A stretch of DNA of 64,000 bases from assembly GCF_018350175.1 (NCBI RefSeq), contig NC_058368.1:198836001-198900000 (forward strand), written 5' to 3'. Position numbers and translations under genes: made by a program. The notes beneath the pieces were generated by a model. That model searched no databases and was not told the origin of the DNA. It was given only the letters and a program-made list of their open reading frames with translations. How positions within the stretch are numbered: position 1 is the stretch's first letter; each line of letters opens with the position of its first letter. Of the stretch, positions 39,477 to 50,670 are shown in pieces. The DNA is from Felis catus. Lineage: Eukaryota.

Positions 39477-40554
39477 TAGAATGTTCTTTTTAAACAGTGT
39501 TATAGTTCTGTGTTAACACCTGCTTCCTCACCTTGAAGTTTGTTGCCAAACTTAAGGTGTTCATTTTTGAAGGAAAACTGTTTGATAGTCTTTTAGAGGC
39601 TTCAGAGAGATCCTCTTCTTTAGGGTCTGCTCCAGGAATATCAGAAAAAAAAATACTACGAAGTTTAAAGACAAGCCAGTTAGAAGAGAGGGCAAGATGA
39701 ACAGTAATTAGTTTCATAAACAGAGATCCTGCATTATTTTACCCATTGATATTTACAAGGTACTGTTCCTACTTCAGGCTGACTATAAATCATTTTTCCT
39801 AAAATTTAATCTCCCTTTTAAAATTGTTTCTATCTTCTTTTCTGTGAAATAACATTTTTTCTTCCAGAACTTTCTATCTGCCAGTCAATTAATTTGTCAT
39901 TGTATCGTTCAGTTGTGTGCTCATCACCACCACAGTCAAGAGCCTAGATAAGCATTTTCTCATTTAATTCTCGAAATTCTTTGTAAGCTAGATATTTATT
40001 GTCCTCTTATACTCAGAGGAAATTGATGTTTAGAACATTTAGTAATTTTCCCAAGGACACTTAACTAGTAAGGAGCAGAGCCAGGAATCAACATAGGGTG
40101 TGTGCTATACTGCACACTGTGGGGTCTCTCCGTCACGCCACACTCCTTCTTCAAGAGGCCAAGTGGCCTCTGGAATCTCCCCTAATCTCCATTTGTCAGT
40201 TTCTTCATTTGTAAAACTAGGGATTTGAACCAGATGTTCTTTAGGGTCCGTCTCCCTTCTCTCACCGCTCTGTTCATGGCCATTATTATTGGTAGTGGCT
40301 ACCACTATTGAGTTAAATTCTTTACAAACAGAACTTATTGAAGTCAATAACCGAATGAGTACGTATCATCATCAAGTTGCAAGTGGGATTTGGGGTGGTT
40401 AAGTGACTTGCCCAAGGCCACTAAGCTTTCAAATGTAGAAATCCTACGTCAACCCAGGTTTGGGGTCATAACACTGCGTTAATTTGTACTGTTTCTACAC
40501 TATTGCCTACTTGTTTTGTGTAATAAGTGTAAATTGGACAAATGAGAAGAATCT

Positions 40555-41200
40555 TCACTGATTTGACAAATATTTGTTGAGTGGTTATTGCTGGTCAAAT
40601 TCTGCTAGGTCCTGCAAACCCAAAGATGAACAAAGTTCTATCCCTGTGCCTAGGGAGTTCAGTAGTGCATGGGGAAGGGGAGGTACACAGGGATAATTGT
40701 AATACAATGTGAAAAGTACAATAATAGTGCCTAAATGGAGGGCCATGGGAACTGGGGAGATGATCAGAGACATGGGCACTGAGAGGTGCCACATACGCTA
40801 TGATACCGTTTAAATGAAACGTCCAGAACAGGAAAATCCAGAGAGAAAAATAAATTGGTGGTTGCCTAGGGCTGGGGATGGGCGTGGAAGGAAACGTGCG
40901 TGATTTCTTGTGGTGTGATAAAAGGTACTCTAAAACTGATTACGGTGATGGTTGCACATCTCTGTTGAATATACTAAAAGCTATTGAATTGTGTACTTTA
41001 AATGGGTGAATTCTGTGGTATGGGCATTATATCTCAAAACAGCTTTTATAAAAAAAAAAAAAAGGCAAGTGAGTGTTGGAGAGAGTGGGATGTTTAGGTA
41101 ACTGAGAAGTTTGGTGCGACTGGAATATAGGTTTCAAGGAAGTGAGATAGGTGTAGATTGCAGCCCTTTGGCAAGGACCTTGTGCATCAGATGAAAGCCT
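40555..41200 (-). mobile_element. L2 fragment interrupted by an L1 3' end
   Basis: caaatatttgttgag..ctgctaggt..gatgaacaa..ccctg; resumes after 41063 with purine-rich L2 text. Confidence 0.6.
40790..41062 (+). mobile_element. L1MB-like 3' end
   Basis: aaatgaaacgtccagaacagg..tggttgcctagggctgggg..ggtgatggttgcaca..attgaattgtgtactttaaatgggtgaatt..poly-A. Confidence 0.85.
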
Positions 41201-41660
41201 TGATGCATTTTCACCCCACATTGTTGTAACGTTCACCCACGTGGCTGTGTATCGTTCATATGTTTCACTTTTGTGTAATATTTCACGATGTAATTGTGTA
41301 AATATACCACGATTTACTTACTCATGCATCTGCTCTGGGACATTTGTTTTGTTTCTAGATTTTGCTCTTATAAACAATACTGTAATAAACTTTCTTATAA
41401 TCCGGTGTGAGTCTCAGAAGACAGTGTCAAATACAGTGCTATTTTTATAAAGCTCAAAAACGAGCAAAGCTTTTAAAGGTACACCAGCAGACTTGTATAA
41501 GACTCACAAAACCAGGAAAGAAGTAATAATCACAAAGTTTAGCATCATGACTTTTTTCAAAGGCCAGGGGGCAGCAGGTGGGCAGGGAGAGAGGGGAGGG
41601 AAGGAGCAATGGATGGATGCAAATTTACAGACGATGTCCTAGTTATTTTTGTTAAGATTT

Positions 41661-41868
41661 TTTTTAATGTTTTTATTTATTTTTGAGACAGAAAGAGAGC
41701 ATGAGCAGGGGAGGGGCAGAGAAAGGGGGAGACACACAGAATCTGAAGCGGGCTACAGGCTCTGAGCCATCAGCACAGAGCCTGACGTGGGGCCTGAACC
41801 CACGGAGTGTGAGATCGTGACCTGAGCTGAAGTCGGATGCTCAACCAACTGAGCCACCCAGGCGCCCC
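41661..41868 (-). mobile_element. CAN-SINE (feliform) nested in the tail of an older short SINE
   Basis: TSD gttaagatttt at 41651 and 41869. Confidence 0.95.
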
Positions 41869-41970
41869 GTTAAGATTTTATTTTTAATCTCTACACCCAA
41901 CATGGTACTTGAACTCATGACCCGGAGATGAAGATTCACACGTTCCACCAACTGAGCCAGCCAGGTGCCC
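41869..41970 (-). mobile_element. Short old carnivore SINE lacking the (CT)n region
   Basis: taatctctacacccaacatg..cttgaactcatgacc..actgagccagccaggtgccc; TSD acgatgtcctagtt / acaatgttctagtt. Confidence 0.88.
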
Positions 41971-42039
41971 TAACAATGTTCTAGTTCTTGATTGGATGGT
42001 ACATTCATAGGTACTTTCATAGATACATAAGTATTTATC

Positions 42040-42225
42040 AAAATCAACTTTAAATTTTAGAATGATTTTTAGATTCACAAAATTATTGCATAGATATTAC
42101 AGAAAGTTCTGTATCTCCCATATCCGGTTTCTCTTGTCTTACCTTAGCATGGTACCCTTGCCACAATGAATAACAGATGTTGATGCATTGTTATTAACTA
42201 AAATTCATAGTTTATTCAGAGAGAT

Positions 42226-42283
<58 letters not shown>

Positions 42284-44480
42284 TGGGGTTTTTTTTTGTT
42301 TGTTTTTTTGCCTAATAGCTTTTTCTGTTTCTGTAGCCCATTCGGGATACCAAAGTCCATTTACTTAACATGTCTCCGTAGGCTTCTTTCAGAATGTTTC
42401 AGACTTTCCTTGCTGTGTTGTTTTGGGTTTCTTACTTGTTTTTGATGACCTTGACTGCTTGGATGCTGGCCAGGTATTTTATAGAATGTCCTTCAATAGG
42501 AATTCATCTGATGTTTTTATCTCATGATTAGACTTAGCAGAAAGGTAACAGTGGTAAAAATGCCACATCACATCATATCAAGGGTATATCCCATCAACAT
42601 GTCTTATCGCTGTTGGCATTATCTTTGATCCAGTGCCTGAGGTAGTGTCTGTCAGGTTTTTCCACGGTAGTTATTCTTGTTCCCTTTCCTACTGTCCTCT
42701 TTGGAACAAGTCACTGTGCAGAGCCACACTGAAAGAGTAAGGATTTATGTTCTACCACTTTAAGAATGGAGTATCTGCATAAACTACATGGAATTCTTCT
42801 GCGTGGGAGATTTGTCTCTTCTCCCCCATTTTTTAATCTGTCCAATTATATCAGTATGGACTTGGATATTTATTTCATACTTTGGGTTACAATCTAACAC
42901 CATTTTGTCACTTGAATCGTTTCTGGTTTTAGTTGGCAGGATGTCCCTTTGACATACCCTTGTCATTGTCAAGTTTGGGAGGTATTGGGGTTTTTGTATT
43001 TTAGGGCTTTCTTTGGCAATTCCTAAATGTCTGGCACTCCAAAGTGCTCCAGACTCGCCTTGTACAATTCCTATCCCAGCCCTAGAATCAGCCATTTCCC
43101 TAAGGAGCCCTGCCACGTTCCTTTTATTGGAGAGCAGACACCAAGACACCAAGGTATGGATCTGGTGTGTTCATTGCTCTTGGAGCATTGTTGCTTCTAG
43201 GCCCTCTCAGTTGACAGAGCAAGGAAATATGCACGTAAATATGTATACCTGTAAATATTTTTTATATATAACCTTCTGTATCTCTATTAAGCTAAATATG
43301 AGTTCATACTGATTCAGCTCTAATTCATTTCTAGATGAATCATTTTAGCCTTTTATCCTTGCTTGTATATAACCTTCATCCCCAATGGTGAGAGACCTGG
43401 CTCTCACCGTCCATATATTTAATCGTTCAACTTCAGTATACATGTATAGTGGTTTCACAATTATTCATGTATACCCCTACAAGAAACAATGTTATTGACT
43501 GGAATGTAGTTCCTATGTCTTAGTCTTCCAGACTGTTTATTTCCAAAGTTACTTAGGTCAGCACCTTATGCCTTAATACCCTTTAGTGAGGTTGTTTCAT
43601 ATGCTCTAAATACATTCAGATTCTTTTGTCACTTTCTGCACTCCATCCTAGGATCCCTCTACCTGCTGTTGGATTTTTTTTTTTTTTTTTTTTTTTTTGC
43701 ATGCATTAGAATTTACTCTGTCCTGTAAAGTTCTATGGATTTTGACAACACTTAATGTCTTGGAGCTACCTTTACAGTAACCTGCAGAATAATCTCACCT
43801 CCACAAAAAATCTTCCATGTTCTACTTAACTCTCCCACTCTGAAAGGGGCAGCCACTGATCTTTACTGCCTCTGTATTTTTTGCTTTTTCCAAAATATCA
43901 CATAGTTGGAATCATACAATATGTAGCTTTTTCAGGCTGGCTTTTTTTTTTTTTAACTTAGCATTATGCATTTAAGATTGACCCATGTCTTTTCATGGTT
44001 TGATAGCTCTTTTCTTTTAATATTCCATTGTATGGCTATACCCATTTATCAGTTTACCTACTAAGGGGCGTCTTCGTTGCTTCCAGTTTTTATAATTATG
44101 CATAAAGTTGCTGTAAACATTTGTATACAGGCTGTAGTAGGAACTCAAGTTTTCACATCAGTTGAGTAATTACCTAGAAGCACGATTGCTGGGTCATATG
44201 TGAAGACTATATTTAGTTCCGCAAGAAACTTGCCAAACTGTCTTACAAAGTGGTTATACCATTTTTCATTCTCACTATCAATGAATGAGAATTGCTGATG
44301 CTTTGCATCCTTACCAGGAATTGGTGGTCTTAGTGGTTTGGACTTGAGCCATTTTAATAAGTGTGTGGTGATGTCTCCTTGTTTTCTTTTGCATTTCCTA
44401 ATGTCAATGATACTGAACATCTTTTCTTAAGTTTATTTTCCTATTTGGTTAGGTGTCCATTTGGATATTCTGCCCACTAT
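42040..44480 (-). mobile_element. L1MC-type element, ~2.4 kb, with ORF2 C-terminal remnant
   Basis: ORF 44145-44420(-) gives KWYNHF..LNIVFTYDPAIVLLGNY, like L1 ORF2p LPYDPAIPLLGIYP; long L1MC-like 3' UTR. Confidence 0.88.
42230..42281. repeat. (GT)26 microsatellite inside L1
   Basis: Direct reading. Confidence 0.97.
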
Positions 44481-44619
44481 TGCTTATATTCCTCCCTCCC
44501 TTCCTCTGTAATTCATAGATGTGGCATGTATTCTTTTGTTTATATCAAATAATACAGTAAAATATTAAAACAAGGGAGCAGAAAAAACTTTGAGCCTAAT
44601 ACTATAGGTGTAAGGGCAG

Positions 44620-44790
44620 ATTCGGTTAAGAATTCAGACTTAAAAAAATCAGACTTCAAGCTCTAGCCTTGCTATTTACTAGTCTTGTGACTTTGGGAAA
44701 GTTACGTAATTACTCAGAGTCTCAATTTCTTCATATTTAAAATGATAATGTTAATATCTATCTGACCTGTTTTTGTGAGAATTTAATTAA
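44620..44790 (+). mobile_element. MIR SINE
   Basis: tttactagtcttgtgactttgggaaagttac..tctcaatttcttcat..aaaatgataat. Confidence 0.7.
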
Positions 44791-44868
44791 AACAACAGGG
44801 TTAGGTAGAGTTCAAGCTAGAGACTTTACCCACATACCACATTGGATATAAGAAATAGTGATTTCCCC

Positions 44869-45100
44869 GGGGCACCTGGGTGGCTCAGTCGGTTAAGTGT
44901 CTGACTTCGGCTCAGGTCGTGATCTCGCAGTTCGTGGGTTTGAGCCCCGTGTCGGGCTCTGTGTTGACATCTGCAAGCCTGGAGCCTGCTTCGGATTCTG
45001 TATCTCCCTCTCTCTCTGTCTTTCCCCTGCGTGCCCTCTGTCTCTGTCTCTCTCTCAAAAATAAATAGACACTAAAAAAATTAAAAAAAAAAAAAAAAAA
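44869..45100 (+). mobile_element. CAN-SINE (feliform type)
   Basis: Full element; TSD aagaaa(t/c)agtgatttccc. Confidence 0.96.
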
Positions 45101-45774
45101 AGAAACAGTGATTTCCCATACTGTCAACAAGGAGAGCATACTCATTCATTAAACAAACATTAAGTGCCCATTCTGTGCCAGGAGCCGTTCTCTGTATGTG
45201 GAATACATCCATGGGCCTCAATGTGGTGGGATTTACCATAGTCTTTTAAACCGGATTGTAATATTTACACATAATTTAGAAAACGAACTTGAAGGGAGAA
45301 AAACGGAAGTCAAGAATTAAATTAGTAGACTTTTCTAAAGATTCAGGCACAAGATTATAAGAACCTAAAAGCGAGAACTGGGCATAGAGAGGAGGGACCA
45401 GCTGAGAGAGGTATCTCAGAAACAGAATCCAGTTGACATGGAGATTATTAGCTGATTATGGGTAAGACAGAAAGTGGTGTTAAAGATGACTGGCTTTTTC
45501 TGAATGGGAGATTATAGAACACTGGTTTATAAAGGAGCAGAGTCACTTAGAATGTTTTGACAGTCAACACAGCTTTACACATATGTACTGTCCCTCGCCA
45601 AATTTTCTTTTGTAAAAACTCTTTAATTCAGAAGTGCTTATGCCCGAGCAGAAACATCTGAAGAGAAAACTAAACCCTCAAGCCAAGGGGGAAAACTTCA
45701 AGATTAATTTCCTGTATTCATAGCCACCAAAAATGTTCTGCGCTGATTCTAATTGTGTTGCTGAGCTTTTTCAG

Positions 45775-45814
45775 AGACGGCACAGTGTCCTTGCTTGTCT
45801 AATAAAGTTGGAAG
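45775..45814 (+). other. Candidate 40-nt cassette exon
   Basis: TTCTAAT branch-like motif, ctttttcag acceptor, consensus donor AAG|GTAAGT. Confidence 0.3.
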
Positions 45815-48800
45815 GTAAGTTTTTGTGCAATGGCACGATTGGCTCAGCAGCAAAAAGAACTGCACAATTTCATCTCCGATTCTAAGCTAAACAGAGCCGA
45901 GAGATAATTCCCCTGTGTGTTTATAAGGAAGAGTTAAATCCCTCCCAGTGTAATGTAGCACCAGATCGAAGTAAACAGACTCTGATTTCAGTGCTAGACA
46001 CAGCCTTAAGGCAGAAGAAATTACACTGTCATACAGAGGATATGTAGCTGCTGCTATTTTGGTGCCTGAGTTCTTTGTTGTCACATAGTTGAAGGCAATC
46101 CAGATGAGGAAGAGTGTTAACCGACAAAAGGAGAAAATTCCCCGCACATGGCTAGAGGGATGTGGGGGAAGAGAAAAGATGGTACAGTGCCGTCCGAACT
46201 CACCAAAAAGGGGTCCATTCCAGAAGTCGCTGGCTTCAACTTGTCTCCTCATTCTTCTTGGAAGCAAGCGTTCACAAGGACGAAATTCAAGCTACAGTTT
46301 AAAAACTGTATTTCATCAGTTTATCTGACATCGTAGAATCTAAAAATTACTATTGTTCCTTTAATCGGATTAGCGTCCAGTTGCTTACAAAATAAGCTTA
46401 AGAAAAAATGGAACACCCACTTCCTTAGGTTTCTTAAGATCTCTGTTATTTAAGAAACAGCATAGTATTTGCCTCTATATATCTTTATCTTTAGATGTAT
46501 ATGTACACGTAAGCAGTTACCCTTAAAAATCAAAGAGCTATTCTGAGCAGGCTTGGTATATAAGTTCTTCCACTCAAAATGAAAGGAAAAAAAAAAAAAG
46601 AATACAAAATAGATTCTGTATCCCCAACAATATGGGGATTCTGCCAGATGTTGAGTATGTCTATTCCAGTTATATGTTCCAGAAATGGGAGAAGAACTTC
46701 AGATTGGGTTTGGAGATACACTATACCCTCTGTAAGACAGACCTAAGCTAAAATTCCATTGATTGCCTCTGCTCTGATTATTGGGCCACCAAGATACTTT
46801 TGGCTTCTTAGAATTCATTTTAGTTCAGAGCCACAGTCCAGTAATCTCTGAAAGGCCTCATATTTCCTTTTCCACATTGTACAGTCACCCTGATAAAAGG
46901 CCAGTTGTCTCTTTGGGGAAGACTGGCGGGGGGGGGGGGTGGACAAGAATATAAATGACACAATGTAGAATTTTGACTGCAAGGTGATTATGAAAGTATA
47001 TTATAAAAACATGGGAAACAAAACAAATCATCTTTTCCAAAGTAATTACTAAAAATAAGACATGAACCGGGAGAGAAAGATGGGGGATAAATTTGGAAAT
47101 CACCCTAGCATTAGCATGATAAGCAATGCTTCTCTCTGCAAATAAAAATGCAAACTCAGTTATAGAATACTGAATTAACTCGAGATAACATTAAATGCAT
47201 GATCCATGCCGTGTCTATAGTCTTCAGTCATGAAGACTTTATCCTGGTGATTTAGTTTGCCTTGAGTGATTACCGGTTTTAGTAAATGTTGTCTTTCCAG
47301 CAGCTCGTCCTCAATATGTTCTGAGAACAGCATCCCATATCCTTTTGGGGCACTTCTCCTTCCACAATATTTTAAGATTCTGCTTTACTGTCAGTTTCAG
47401 CACTCTACCTCCTGGCCACAAATAAGACCAATCAGAATCCTTTCCTGAGATTTTATTCAAAGATGTTAGGGGTCTCATCCTTCTTTGTGATGGCTAAGCT
47501 GCTGGCTCCCTTCTTCCCACCTGCCCAACCACCCCCCCCCCATGTTGAATGGAGGGAAACATTCAACATGCAGTAGGAGAGAATGAGGTCAGCACTCAAG
47601 AGAGAAACATGACTAAGATATTGATTAATTTTGCCATGCTGGTATTAGTCTAGCGCCATTGATCTCTTTCACGGTTACGTGAACTAATCAATCTCCCTCA
47701 GATTGCTGAATCTTCCAGTGGAACTGCTGACCAGTTGTGCTTAATGCAGTCCCTCAACACCAGCTGGCTACACTATGCTTCCTGGGATGCTAAATTGTTC
47801 ACATCCCTCCCTTCTTCAAAAAAATCACCAGGGCCCCTGGTGGCAAGAGCACAGACTTTGCTAGTCAGGAGTCTGAGGTGGTCGTGCTTCTACTAATGAG
47901 TGGGTCTCATCACCTCTAGATCTCCTGATCTAAATACCCAGTTCTCTGGGTTATTGAGATACTGAAACATGACAATGTAAACGATATAAATGTGAAGCAC
48001 TGTAGTGGGCCGGACACCGTAGCACTCGCTGAGAATGTCCAGCCTCCTGCGTGTGGCTGCCCTCCTGCGTGTGGCTGCGTGTGGCTGCCTACATGTGTCA
48101 CACATGTAGGTGACCTGCTGTGCCGTCCTCACTGTCCACTGCTCTCCTAACTAAACTGTTGTATCCAGGCCAGCTTACTTGTCATTCTTCAGCAAGCCAT
48201 ACGTTTCCCCTCCATTGGGCTTGCTTCCTGCCCTTTATTCATCTATCGAAATTTAGCCCACTAAATTTAGTGATTTTAAAATCGCTAAAATCAACCCCAT
48301 CTCTTCTATGACTTTTTTTTTGACTGACTGGTCTAAAGTGATCCCTTCCTTCTCCAAATCCCTGGACCGATCTACTGCCTGTATCTTTAATCTGGTAATT
48401 AGCCCTATAATGTCTAGGTCTTTTCTGTTTTTCACTCAAACTGTTATACATTTCACATTATTTTTTATTATCAAACTCTTTTATCCTATTTTAATCTAAT
48501 TGTATGTTTCGGGTGAGCAAGCACACTTATTTTTTTGGTTTCTCAGGGGGCTTACTCCCTAACGGTTACACAGTAAGAACATTGGAGTTAGTCATTCTTT
48601 ATAGGTCTGTTTATTCTCAATCTCCATGGAAACCGTGAACTATGTGAAAATGTAGATATTTTGAACTGTTCTCTTTATGACACATAGAATCTTACTCTAA
48701 TAGGCACCCTTGCATGAGGAAAGGAGTCAGTCTTACATTATGCAGGAAATATCGATCAAGTAGGACGAAAAGAACTATAGAAATTGCTTGGACCGACAAA

Positions 48801-50445
48801 GGTGATTTTTGTTCTGATTTTAACATTTCCTTCAGGTGAGTTGGCCCTTTGTATCCCAGTGAGCAGTTACACAGAGAAATAGTGACTCCGTCTCTTCCTG
48901 ACTGAGAGGCAGGATGCAGAACTGAACCTACAATCTTGGCAGATTTCACTCAGCTCCCATACTCCTTCTGTGACGGAAGGACTAGCTAAAACGGAAATAA
49001 TGACCAAGTTATGGTGGGTTTTTTCTCTTTGGCCCCTAACCTGTTTACTCTAAGGTAAATAACCTGTATTTTATGTGTAGCAAAACTGCTATCATATATT
49101 GCCTTCAACAATATGTATCTGATAGAAGCTGCGAATCACAGTTTAACACCTGTCACAAATGAATACCACACAGAACTGGAAACTTCAGGAGAATTTTGGA
49201 GTTTGGTTTGACAAATTTAGATAGAGGTTATGTAGAAAGGATGGTTTCTAGCCACAGCATTCTTCCTAGCTAGGCTTTCAAGCAATTTGCTTTGTTAGGC
49301 AACTGTAGTTAATAAAGATCTGCTTCTTGTTCTGTGTCCAGGGAACTACTTTGTAATACCGGTGTTGGGGGTAGAAATACCACAGTTGGTGCAAGCAAGC
49401 TGTAGTGGACCAGGTTTGACTGTTTCCCAGCAATTACGTTTCCAGGAACATGATGTAACTTGTGGTATAGCCAAATCTTTGAGCTATCAAAGTGATATTA
49501 CTGGGGTTACTGCAGTCATTCTGAATTATTGAGGAAACTTCTAAAATGTGTTCTTAGTCTGAAATTTGGCTTACCAAAATCTTGGCCAGAGAGGTGCATT
49601 TTAAAACAAACAAAACCGAAAAGGAAATTTTAAATCCAAAATTGCCTTAAATGTATTAGAAGTAATTTAAAATAAAGTTATGTCAAACTAAAAGGAATAG
49701 AAATTTGGAATTGTCAGACGTTTTATTATGTGATATCAGCTTATGTTTGTGGAGATTTTAAGAACTTAATGTTAAAGATTTTGCAACCAATGGATAGACC
49801 AACATTTTAAGACGTTACAGTAGCATTACTTAAAATAGCCCAAGAAAATGATTTGGGCACATTATATTTTATAAGTACAGTGTATCAGTGAGGATACTGA
49901 TGTTTTTTTCCAATTGCATCTTTACTGAATTCAAAATGTGGCTTAATCTAAGGTGACTGGTTTCTAAATTTAAAATCAAAACAACTTGGAATTAGAAATT
50001 GCAGATTTGCAGTCTATCCAAGTTATGAGCATGCAGGAAGCTTTTGTATATTAAAGGCATATATTATATGCTAAGTAAATTTCATGAACAAATAATACAT
50101 GAATTAATGAATAAATAAATAAAAGAACCAGTCAAGATGCAACAGGGATGACCATATAAAATTTACTGGCACTCAGAGACTGAATGATTTTAATGTTTCC
50201 ATGTTTCAGTCATTGTTTATAAAATGGAAATAATAGATTAACCTTATTTGCAGTGTTGTATGAAATGAAACAACACACACAATATGCCTAACAATGCCTT
50301 GCCCATGGTAGTCAGTGTTCCTTTTCTCTACAATGAAAATGGAGCCTTAATTTAAAAAAATAAATTCAGAATCTCTTTGCTATAAGTGGAAAGAGACATT
50401 TAGAGAGGCCAGTCTAATTGGCACCTCCTAATTTCCATGATTTCT

Positions 50446-50670
50446 TTTTTATTTTTTTATTTTTTTATTTTTAACGTTTATTTTTGGGACAGAGAGAGAC
50501 AGAGCATGAACGGGGGAGGGGCAGAGAGAGAGGGAGACACAGAATCGGAAACAGGCTCCAGGCTCTGAGCCATCAGCCCAGAGCCTGACGCGGGGCTCGA
50601 ACTCACGGACCGCAAGATCGTGACCTGGCTGAAGTCGGACGCTTAACCGACTGCGCCACCCAGGCGCCCC
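50446..50670 (-). mobile_element. Very young felid SINE (SINEC_Fc-like)
   Basis: gtggcgcagtcgg / cagccaggtcacg / gggctgatggc variant with most CpGs intact; perfect 18-bp TSD ctaatttccatgatttct. Confidence 0.97.

Noticed and set aside
44145..44420. ORF with L1 ORF2p-like motif
   Set aside because: Decayed, frameshifted L1MC remnant; not a functional CDS.
45887..46336. 126-aa (-) and shorter (+) ORFs
   Set aside because: No recognisable protein similarity; no exon boundaries.
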